Shown in pieces: positions 1 through 7,513 of a stretch of DNA of 64,000 bases. The stretch's first letter is position 1; every line of letters starts with the position of its first letter. This stretch comes from Candidatus Saccharimonadales bacterium (GTDB lineage: Bacteria; Patescibacteriota; Saccharimonadia; UBA4664; SCTI01). Both the position numbers and the translations under genes were made by a program. The stretch spans positions 94,487 to 158,486 of the forward strand of contig DATIII010000008.1 in NCBI GenBank assembly GCA_035479795.1, in the 5' to 3' direction. The notes below the pieces were generated by a model, which was not told where the DNA came from, did no database searches, and was given only the letters and a program-made list of their open reading frames with translations.

Positions 1-90
1 ACTCCCCTTTGTTGCTTCTATTTTAGCAAGCAGCCAAGGAGTAAAAAAGACTTGAAATTGGTTATGCTTGTGGTATTCGGACCAAAACCT

Positions 91-213
91 AATAACTGAT
101 TCTAAACAGTAAAATTCCAGGAAAAACCGAAGCCCGCAAACGAGACGTATATTAATACGGCGAGTGCGGACTGGAAGTTTTGGCGAAGAGGCTTGCGCTT
201 AGAGTCAGTTATT
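91..213. repeat. ~120-nt palindromic element, copy A (RPE-like)
   Basis: Terminal inverted repeat AATAACTGATTCTAA (91-105) / TTAGAGTCAGTTATT (199-213); central hairpin CGTAT-atta-ATACG; motifs shared with copies at 10349, 46610 and 58182. Confidence 0.75.
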
Positions 214-475
214 GCTGGAGCTGACTACCGGCATCCTGGAGGTAGTGCCCAATAAAAGGCAGTCCGCCGAGCAAATGCAGAATCCAGATCAGAACCGCCA
301 CGATGACGGTCGCTCCAATAACGGTACCGAAACCGGTAAAAATCCCGCGCACAAAGGCGCTTTTGATCTGGCGCCGGGTGTTCCCTAGCAGATCAATGTA
401 GTCGTCAATTAGAGCTGACTCAACCGCCCGGCCGAGCTTTTCGTAGTCCTCAGGGGTGATCTTAGTTTTTTTCAC
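209..475 (-). CDS. DUF5665-like small membrane protein
   Basis: 88 aa; FVRGIFTGFGTVIGATVI and LPFIG motifs typical of the family. Confidence 0.7.
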   Translation of the reverse strand: MKKTKITPEDYEKLGRAVESALIDDYIDLLGNTRRQIKSAFVRGIFTGFGTVIGATVIVAVLIWILHLLGGLPFIGHYLQDAGSQLQQ

Positions 476-959
476 CTGCGTCCTTATCCTTGGCTACATC
501 TTTGGCCCTCTCTTGAGCCGAGTCCACTACCTTGCGGGTCGTCTTCTCCAGTTCGGAAATGACACTGTTGCCCTCGTTGATAAGTCGCTTCACGTCCTGG
601 AGCGATTCGTCCTTGACGCCCTTGGCACGACCGGCCAGTTTGGCTGCCGAATCCTGCAAATCATTCTTTAATATCTCGGCCTTAGTAATCAAACGCTGGC
701 TTTCTTCATAAGCCTCGCCGCGCAGATCCTTGGCCGCCTTTTTAAGGTTTTTAATCCGACCATCGAGCTCGGCCTCCATCTCACCCAGGCGAATATCGGT
801 GTCTTTCTTCAGCTCAGCCGCTTTCTTCTTTAAATCGGCCTGGGTTTCCTTGCCACTTTTAGGTGCCAACAATAAAGCAACTATCGAGCCCACAACGGCG
901 CCGATGATACTACCTTTAATAAATCCCTTACTGTGTTCCTTCACTCTTTTGTCTCCCAT
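462..959 (-). CDS. YtxH-domain protein
   Basis: GFIKGSIIGAVVGSIVALLLAPKSGKETQADL signature followed by coiled coil. Confidence 0.85.
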   Translation of the reverse strand: MGDKRVKEHSKGFIKGSIIGAVVGSIVALLLAPKSGKETQADLKKKAAELKKDTDIRLGEMEAELDGRIKNLKKAAKDLRGEAYEESQRLITKAEILKNDLQDSAAKLAGRAKGVKDESLQDVKRLINEGNSVISELEKTTRKVVDSAQERAKDVAKDKDAGEKN

Positions 960-1228
960 TATTCGTCACCCTTGCGGCGCTTGAATTTGCCTCGAATACT
1001 ACGAGCAAGGACAGCCGCTAGCGCCGAAGCCGCCGCCGGCCCCACTTTACGACCAAAATATTTCGTAAAATCGCTGGCGCTTTCAGTGGCTTCGTCAATC
1101 CGCCCGGTAATCCGCCGAATACTGGTGAAAATCTTCAGCAGAATGACAACCAATATGATGCCCAGAATCAGCAAAATACTGAAGCCAATGCCGAGAATGA
1201 TGAGTAAAACAGATTCGAGTGTTCCCAT
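959..1228 (-). CDS. small membrane protein (DUF948-like)
   Basis: N-terminal TM helix; 1-nt overlap with the YtxH gene. Confidence 0.65.
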   Translation of the reverse strand: MGTLESVLLIILGIGFSILLILGIILVVILLKIFTSIRRITGRIDEATESASDFTKYFGRKVGPAAASALAAVLARSIRGKFKRRKGDE

Positions 1229-1291
1229 GTAAGCTTCCTTTTGTACCTATTATCAGTAGTTTGCCTGATTAGCGCAAGCCGAGCGCCTTGG

Positions 1292-1849
1292 TTAACGATC
1301 CTTCTTTTTGGCCAGCAGTACCCATTCCCGGCGCTCGATATAGGAGTTCGGGAAGATATGCAGGTAACCCTTTTCATCTCGCACCCGTGTGCGCCGCATG
1401 TCCATGGCCTCCACCACGCCTTCGACGCCCGGCTGACCCGGCTCTTCGGCCACCCGCACAACATCACCAACGCTAAAGTCATGGTCTTTCGCCAGGAAAA
1501 TACCGGCCAGAATGTCTTGAACAATTGTTACTGAGCCATTACCCAAGGCTAGGCCAATGGCAGCCACGGCAGCCGAGAAGGCAAATGCAACATTACTGAG
1601 CCCTAGAGCCTGTAGGGTCACAATCGTCAAGAAGACTGATAGCAAGATATCGATCAGCGAAACAATAATGCCGCGCAGGCCCTTAGGCATGCGAATGAAG
1701 GACAGCAGCCAGCTGGCAATCCAAGACAGGATTCTGATGACGACTAAGCCGACCAGCAGGGTGGCAGCCGCCGTCGGCAGCTTAGGCAAGAGATCATTGA
1801 TATTTTGGGCTAGGGAATCAAATAGATGGGATGGCGAAGTATCAATCAT
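1292..1849 (-). CDS. small-conductance mechanosensitive channel (MscS family, short form)
   Basis: 3 TM helices; QDILAGIFL, FSVGDVV, GVVEAMDMRRT and IFPNS motifs. Confidence 0.85.
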   Translation of the reverse strand: MIDTSPSHLFDSLAQNINDLLPKLPTAAATLLVGLVVIRILSWIASWLLSFIRMPKGLRGIIVSLIDILLSVFLTIVTLQALGLSNVAFAFSAAVAAIGLALGNGSVTIVQDILAGIFLAKDHDFSVGDVVRVAEEPGQPGVEGVVEAMDMRRTRVRDEKGYLHIFPNSYIERREWVLLAKKKDR

Positions 1850-1854
1850 ACATA

Positions 1855-1889
1855 ACAGGATACAGGATACAGGATTGAGGATACAGACT
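1855..1889. repeat. heptamer tandem repeat (ACAGGAT)3-TGAGGAT-ACAGACT
   Basis: Directly visible; immediately downstream of the gatB stop. Confidence 0.8.
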
Positions 1890-3334
1890 TACTTCTTAAG
1901 CTTATCCTTAAGAATCTCATTCACCATCGGCGGGTTGGCCTGACCTTTAGATAGTTTCATTACCTGGCCAACTAAGAATCCAAGGGCCTTGGCCTCACCT
2001 TTTTGGTAATCCGCTACCGGTTTTGGATTATCTTTAATCACTTGATCCGTCCAGGCTTCTAGCTCGCCCGCATCAGATTGCTGCAACAGGCCCTCACGCT
2101 CCGCCACATGATGCGCACCTTCATCGTTTTCCCAGAGCATAGCAAGCAAAGCTTTGGAATTTGTAGAACTTAGCTTGCCGGCCGCTACCATTTCACCCAC
2201 CGCTGCCACGGTCAGCGAGGACACGTCGGATTCTCTCAGTGACTTGCCCTTGGCCTCAGCCAGACGTAGCATGTCGCCTACCAACCAGTTAAAGGCAAAC
2301 TTGGCCTGCTCGGGGTTTTCAATGTTTAACTGCAGCCAAAGTTCCGCGGCTTCAATGTTTGCCACCAGAGTTTCAACCTCCCGGCCAGAAATGCCAGCAC
2401 CAGCCAGCTCCTGCCGGAGCTCCATTGGCATCTTTTCTGGCATCCCATTACTAGCAACCTTTAACATGTCACTTGTCACCTGTACGGGCGGCAAATCCGG
2501 CTCGGGGAAATAGCGGTAATCATGCGCCTCCTCCTTCGTCCGCTGGCTGAACGTCTCGCCCTTACTTTCATCCCAACCCCGTGTTTCCTGAACCACCTTT
2601 TCACCGGCGTCGAGAATCTCCGCCTGGCGCTTCATCTCATACTCGACCACTCCGGCCACTGCACGGAATGAATTAAGATTTTTACTCTCAGTCCGTGTTC
2701 CGAATTCCTTCTGCCCCGCTAGTCGCAACGACACGTTTACATCAAACCGCATGTTGCCGTAGTACAGGTCACAGTCACTGACTCCGGCATAGCGCATTAA
2801 GTGATACAGTTCCTCGGCATAAGCTTTAGCCTCGGCCGCACTGCGCATATCCGGCTCGCTGACAATCTCGAGAAGCGGTGTGCCGGCTCGGTTAAGGTCG
2901 ACCAGTGAATAATCTTTGCCAGCCGGATGAGTCAGCTTGCCGGCATCAGCCTCGAGATGGGCTCGAGTGATACCGACTCGCTTAGTCTCACCCTCGAATG
3001 GAAACTCCACAAACCCATTGCCAATAATCGGCTCGTCGAACTGAGTGATCTGATAACCACTGGGGCTGTCCGGGTAAAAGTAATTTTTGCGATCAAACTT
3101 GGTATGAAATTCCAACATATCCGAGTAGGCGTTGAGCGCCAAACCGGCCTTTAGTGCCAGCTCCACCGCCGCCTTGTTCAGTACCGGCAGCGCGCCGGGC
3201 AGAGCAATACAAACCGGGCAGACATGGGCGTTTGGCTTGGCCTCACGGCTGTCATTATTACAGCCACAAAACAGCTTCGACTTTGTCGCTAGCTGCACAT
3301 GGGTCTCAATACCAATTACGACTTCGTATTTCAT
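1889..3334 (-). CDS. gatB: Asp-tRNA(Asn)/Glu-tRNA(Gln) amidotransferase subunit B
   Basis: VIGIETHVQL, FDRKNYFYPD, DLNRAGTPLLEIVSEPD and YRYFPEPDLP motifs. Confidence 0.98.
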   Translation of the reverse strand: MKYEVVIGIETHVQLATKSKLFCGCNNDSREAKPNAHVCPVCIALPGALPVLNKAAVELALKAGLALNAYSDMLEFHTKFDRKNYFYPDSPSGYQITQFDEPIIGNGFVEFPFEGETKRVGITRAHLEADAGKLTHPAGKDYSLVDLNRAGTPLLEIVSEPDMRSAAEAKAYAEELYHLMRYAGVSDCDLYYGNMRFDVNVSLRLAGQKEFGTRTESKNLNSFRAVAGVVEYEMKRQAEILDAGEKVVQETRGWDESKGETFSQRTKEEAHDYRYFPEPDLPPVQVTSDMLKVASNGMPEKMPMELRQELAGAGISGREVETLVANIEAAELWLQLNIENPEQAKFAFNWLVGDMLRLAEAKGKSLRESDVSSLTVAAVGEMVAAGKLSSTNSKALLAMLWENDEGAHHVAEREGLLQQSDAGELEAWTDQVIKDNPKPVADYQKGEAKALGFLVGQVMKLSKGQANPPMVNEILKDKLKK

Positions 3335-3888
3335 ATTTGTCTGCCTTCAATAAATTCATACGAAATCCGATCAACTATTTCTCTATGATCTGTAGCCTTT
3401 ATTATTTCTAGTGCCTCATCTTCATACGGTCTGAAACTTTCAGGCAAAATGTTGATCAACTTATTGGCCGCCACACCTTTATCGAACGCTGGATGCCCTA
3501 ACACGCCGAGCCTGAGCAGGTACCATGATGCAATAAACAGCGAGCAGGGGTATTTTTTGTTCTGGACATACTTAACCAATGACTGCTTAGACTTCTCATT
3601 TTTCATAAGGTTAAGAGTTTCATCGCAAAGTGGGATTAGCTGAGATTCCCTGTACATAAAGTCGGGCGCAAAACCTTTCTCGGCCAGCCATTTGCTGTAT
3701 GCCTCATAGTCAAAGCTTGGGTCCGGGAATGAGTAATCATCTACGAGCACTACCAGATTATGGGATTCGCCGGCAGTATCGAGTTTATCTGTGACGGTTT
3801 TTAGTTCATCAATCGCGACTTCGTGTTCTTTCCGAATTTGATCGTTTGTATATATATGAGCATATTCAACTGAGACGTCAGTCTTCAC
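3331..3888 (-). CDS. hypothetical protein (motifs resemble SCO2522-family proteins)
   Basis: 185 aa; SVEYAHIY, VLVDDY, YRESQL, CSLFIASWYLLRLG, ILPESF; overlaps both neighbours by 4 nt. Confidence 0.75.
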   Translation of the reverse strand: MKTDVSVEYAHIYTNDQIRKEHEVAIDELKTVTDKLDTAGESHNLVVLVDDYSFPDPSFDYEAYSKWLAEKGFAPDFMYRESQLIPLCDETLNLMKNEKSKQSLVKYVQNKKYPCSLFIASWYLLRLGVLGHPAFDKGVAANKLINILPESFRPYEDEALEIIKATDHREIVDRISYEFIEGRQI

Positions 3889-4307
3889 AACGCCCCCTTC
3901 AGCTCTGACATAATGGCATCGAATGTCTCATCTGAAATCTCAGCAACTTGCATTTGAGTCTTGAGAGGCCAGTCAATGTCGGTCATCTTGGCGCCGGCAA
4001 CCTCTACCGGCCTGGAATATCGGGGGACGAAGTGGAAGTGAGGGTTCGGGTCCTTCATCATAAAAGCAGCATAATTGTATTTTTCAGCTCCGAAAACTTT
4101 TGCGGTAATATGCTCACTGAAAGCTGAAACCTCCGCAAATTCCGCCCATTCTTCGGCCGATAATTCGCCGAAGTTTGATACATCTGACTTTATCGCAAGT
4201 ACTAGCGTGCCAGCGGTTATCTGTGTTGGACGCAGTAAAACGACCCAGTATTTAAACTCCTTGAGCAGAGTCCTTGGATAACCCCGTGAAATAATCGTTT
4301 GGTTCAC
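3885..4307 (-). CDS. HIT-family nucleotide hydrolase
   Basis: HIT-like motif NPHFHFVPRY (first His replaced); KYNY motif. Confidence 0.85.
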   Translation of the reverse strand: MNQTIISRGYPRTLLKEFKYWVVLLRPTQITAGTLVLAIKSDVSNFGELSAEEWAEFAEVSAFSEHITAKVFGAEKYNYAAFMMKDPNPHFHFVPRYSRPVEVAGAKMTDIDWPLKTQMQVAEISDETFDAIMSELKGAL

Positions 4308-4729
4308 AGCGCCCCCAGATCTTTAAGCGCCTGATAGTAGGCCGCCACTGCCTCGTGGGCTTGCTTCGGCACCAAGTCAAAAGTGACTTCGTGGGCCAGG
4401 GCGTTGCGGAGTTTATGGGCCTCCCAAACGGCATTACGATTGCTGAGATTTTTTTGGGCGCGCTTGAGCCGCTCGGCCATGGTTTCGCCACCATAACCAG
4501 ATTGGCGCATGACGTAGTCGAGTAATTTGTCGGCTTCAGCCACGGCACTTTTCAGGTTGGACCCGGTGCCCGAATTCATAGCTTGAATAGCCTGCCAGCG
4601 CTGATGCACCAGCTCTTTATTAACATGCGCCTTCTTGCCGCCCACCTTTTTTGGTGCAGTCTGAGAGCCAGAAACCACGGCGAGCACTAACAAGCCAGCA
4701 GCCAGGACGGCAATCAAAAACCAGATCAT
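4304..4729 (-). CDS. membrane-anchored hypothetical protein with HEPN-like RxxxxH motif
   Basis: N-terminal TM; EADKLLD, GETMAERLK and HKLRNALAHE. Confidence 0.8.
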   Translation of the reverse strand: MIWFLIAVLAAGLLVLAVVSGSQTAPKKVGGKKAHVNKELVHQRWQAIQAMNSGTGSNLKSAVAEADKLLDYVMRQSGYGGETMAERLKRAQKNLSNRNAVWEAHKLRNALAHEVTFDLVPKQAHEAVAAYYQALKDLGAL

Positions 4730-6132
4730 GCCAGCAGCTCCTCGGCCGCCGCCGCGGCGTCCAAAAGTACCTCTTCGCCTTTTTGCGGCGCGATTAGTTG
4801 CAGTCCGATTGGCAGACTATCAGTCTCTCCGGCCGGGATGCTTATGGCACAGTTACCAACCAGGTTTACAGCCACAGTATCAACATCGTTTAAATACATG
4901 GCCAATGGGTCTGACTTTTCACCAAGTTTAAATGCAGTGGTTGGAGCTGTCGGGCTAATCAGGAGGTCGAACTCTTTAAAGGCTTCATCAAACTCTTTGA
5001 CCAACAGCGTACGGACCTTTTGCGCCTGTTTGTAATAGGCATCGTAGTAACCGCTCGAAAGAACGTAGGTGCCAATAATAATCCGCCGCTTGGCCTCCGC
5101 GCCAAAGCCTTCATCTCGGCTCTTCAGGAAGGTTTCGCTTAATGTTTTCGCATCGCTAGAGCTATGTCCGAATCTAATACCATCATAGCGTGACAGGTTA
5201 GAACTGACTTCAGCCGGTACCAAAATGTAATAACAGGCCAATGCCAGATCAACCGATGGCAGGCTGACTTCTTCGACCGTCGCGCCGGCTGATTTAAACT
5301 TTTCGGCTGCATCCAGAACCGCCTGCCTGACCTCTGGCTGGGTGCCTTCGGCCAAATATTCTTTGATTAGGCCGATCTTAAGGTTTTTGAGATTGCCACT
5401 CCGCCCGCCGGATCGCAATGACAACTTAGAAGAATCGATTGTTGTAGAATCGTTCGGGTCCTGTCCAGCCATGACATCCAAAACCAGTGCGGCATCGGCC
5501 ACAGAGTTAGTCAGCGGGCCAATCACATCAACTGAGCTACCCATGGCCACCACACCGTAGCGAGACACTAATCCATAGGTCGGTTTCAGGCCGACGACGC
5601 CGCTGAGTGCTGCTGGCTGGCGGATGGAGCCGCCGGTATCCGTACCCAGCGCAAAGCACGCCAAGCCTAGCGCCACGGCCGCGGCCGAGCCGCCGGATGA
5701 ACCGCCGGGCACGCGCGACTTATCATGCGGGTTTTTGGTCGGGCCAAAGTCGCTATTCTCGGTTGAAGAGCCGTGGGCAAAAGCGTCCAAATTAGCCTTG
5801 GCCACCATAATCGCCCCCTCGGCCTCAAGCTTTTCGATCACAGTAGCTTGATAAGGTGCCTGGAAGGGCTTGAGGATGTTACTGGAAGCAGTGGTGTGCG
5901 TACCACTGGTAAGGAAATTATCTTTAGCGATAAATGGAATGCCGGCCAGCTTGCCTTGTTTATTTGCCTTTTTAGCCTGATCCAGCGCGCGCTCGTTAAC
6001 TTCTAAAATAGCGTGGTAATCTTCATTGGCTTTAATCGCCTCTAAGCTGGCCTTAACCAGATCCACCGGATCGAGTTTGCCGGCTTGGACATCGGCCACT
6101 AGCTCGGCAATCGGTCGCTTAAGATCAATCAT
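4726..6132 (-). CDS. gatA: Asp-tRNA(Asn)/Glu-tRNA(Gln) amidotransferase subunit A
   Basis: Amidase signature PGGSSGGSAAAV, GTDTGGSIRQPA and SSNLSRYDG; start taken at MIDLKRP (6132), overlapping the gatC end. Confidence 0.97.
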   Translation of the reverse strand: MIDLKRPIAELVADVQAGKLDPVDLVKASLEAIKANEDYHAILEVNERALDQAKKANKQGKLAGIPFIAKDNFLTSGTHTTASSNILKPFQAPYQATVIEKLEAEGAIMVAKANLDAFAHGSSTENSDFGPTKNPHDKSRVPGGSSGGSAAAVALGLACFALGTDTGGSIRQPAALSGVVGLKPTYGLVSRYGVVAMGSSVDVIGPLTNSVADAALVLDVMAGQDPNDSTTIDSSKLSLRSGGRSGNLKNLKIGLIKEYLAEGTQPEVRQAVLDAAEKFKSAGATVEEVSLPSVDLALACYYILVPAEVSSNLSRYDGIRFGHSSSDAKTLSETFLKSRDEGFGAEAKRRIIIGTYVLSSGYYDAYYKQAQKVRTLLVKEFDEAFKEFDLLISPTAPTTAFKLGEKSDPLAMYLNDVDTVAVNLVGNCAISIPAGETDSLPIGLQLIAPQKGEEVLLDAAAAAEELLA

Positions 6133-6421
6133 TATTAAGTACCCGCTTGACCCTATACTGCCCATCTTCAAAGTCGGGAGCGTTCAGTTTGAGGTCGTCG
6201 TAGCTCAAACCCTCCCGAACCTCGTCTTCACGCCAAACATCGACCAGTCCCGTGACTTGATCGGTTGGCTCGACCCCCTCAACATCAACTTCCTGGAGCT
6301 GTTCGACAAAGCCAACAATTTTAGCGAGCTCGTCGGCTAATTTGCTAACTTCGGCCTCCTGCAAGCCCATATTGGCCAGCTCGGCCACGCGGCGGACTTC
6401 ATCCGGAGTGATCTTTGACAT
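6125..6421 (-). CDS. gatC: amidotransferase subunit C
   Basis: ITPDEVRRVAELA, VEGVEPT, WREDEV and NAP motifs; upstream of gatA. Confidence 0.95.
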   Translation of the reverse strand: MSKITPDEVRRVAELANMGLQEAEVSKLADELAKIVGFVEQLQEVDVEGVEPTDQVTGLVDVWREDEVREGLSYDDLKLNAPDFEDGQYRVKRVLNND

Positions 6422-6461
6422 AGGTCTTATTGTAGCGATTTAAGGTTACAGGAGCAAAAAA

Positions 6462-6491
6462 TTGACATTAGCATAACCACGAGAGCATAAT
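6462..6491 (+). promoter_or_regulatory. sigma70-type promoter driving the candidate large ncRNA
   Basis: TTGACA (6462-6467), 18-nt spacer, CATAAT (6486-6491). Confidence 0.7.
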
Positions 6492-6497
6492 TCGGGG

Positions 6498-7175
6498 CAT
6501 GAGATGGGGCAATAGCCCTGTAGTACCCAACAAACTTGGCTACTGAGGCGTCGGGTCACCACCGTTCAATGGAATCTCGTCTGCCTCGCCCGCTTGCGCT
6601 TGGACTCCAGTCCCTTAGTGCGTCGGGTTAGGTGTTTTCCGTCTGGAGACGGAGCCGGTAGCCAAAATAACTGCGAGAGACCGGCCTTAGCCGGGATAGC
6701 CCGCTCCATAGGTGAAGCTGCTTATCCGCCCTAGAGCGGATCATGCGCCTCTCGCACCCTCGTGCCGGGACAGGTGGCCATAAGGTTCTGGAGCTTCCAT
6801 AAGGGGAACCTCCACCTGTCTCGGCCGACCACTTCGCTAGAACGATCCCAGCCTACGGGCATGGCCCGGTCTCGCGATAGGCGGGCCGCCCCCCGGCCCG
6901 AAAATGGGTGCGCGCTTTGCGCTGGACCGCGAGCGCGCACCCACCTCTTCGCCGGTTGAAAATCTGGCCATAGTCTCTAGGGGACGAGACTGTTCAGAAC
7001 CGGCGTCGGTGCGGCGGTCCATCACGTCGCAGCGGGGTGCGTGAGTCGTGCCACGCACCCCAAAAACTTTGCCACTGGCAAAGCGGGTTGGTGCGACCTC
7101 GCCAATCTGACTCCGGTTCACCCCGGGGATCCGAACGACACCGGGGCTGGCGCCCTTCAGCGCCAGCCCCGTTTT
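6498..7175 (+). ncRNA. candidate large structured non-coding RNA (unassigned class)
   Basis: Lies between a promoter and a terminator with no credible ORF; more than 12 helices, e.g. 6536-6545/6656-6665, 6672-6679/6749-6756, 6764-6777/6812-6825, 6905-6916/6932-6943, 6950-6957/6998-7005, 7034-7043/7052-7061; G-U pairs favour the + strand. Confidence 0.7.
7142..7175 (+). terminator. intrinsic terminator
   Basis: 12-bp stem CGGGGCTGGCGC/GCGCCAGCCCCG, 6-nt loop, then TTTT. Confidence 0.8.
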
Positions 7176-7190
7176 ACGTAATTATCCCTC

Positions 7191-7473
7191 CGTCATTCTC
7201 AGCTCGCCCAACTATCATTCTCGAGCGCAGCGAAGGATCTTTAGAGTCTAAGACTCCAATGCCATTTTTTCCCAGGCAGCCAGAGCCTGGGGTTTCTTCC
7301 ACAGCTTTTGAAGTGAGCAAAAGCTGTCCAAAACTGGCCGCGTAGAAGTTCACAGACTTGAAGCACTCCTTAATCCAAACCAATCTGAGCTGCGGAACTC
7401 GCTTCGCTCAAACAGTCCTCGCTTTTACAGATTTGGTTTGGATTGGTCGCTTTCAGGCTGCTCCATACGCGGG
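7191..7473. repeat. mosaic of palindromic REP-like elements
   Basis: TCATTCTCGAGCGCAGCGAAGGATCT; hairpin ACAGCTTTTG/CAAAAGCTGT; nested stem AATCCAAACCAATCTG/CAGATTTGGTTTGGATT around GAACTCGCTTCGCTCAAACAG; outer CCGCGTA/TACGCGG. Confidence 0.6.
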
Positions 7474-7513
7474 GATAGGGGAGGCCTGGATCCTCAATCC
7501 TGGATTCTGGATG

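Noticed and set aside
91-213. Integron attC site (AAC...GTT ends)
   Set aside because: Only copy A has such ends, the match to RYYYAAC/GTTRRRY is poor, and there is no integrase in the window
6498-7175. tmRNA, RNase P RNA, group II intron or T-box leader
   Set aside because: No tRNA-like ends or tag ORF, no GAGGAAAGUCC core, and no proper domain V (the stem at 7031-7061 starts AGC but lacks the bulge and lower helix); it is transcribed away from gatC, so it is not a leader. This was judged by eye only.
6731-7383. Five short ORFs in the ORF track
   Set aside because: Mutually overlapping, Arg/Pro/Gly-rich, with no SD or motifs; typical shadow ORFs of GC-rich palindromic DNA
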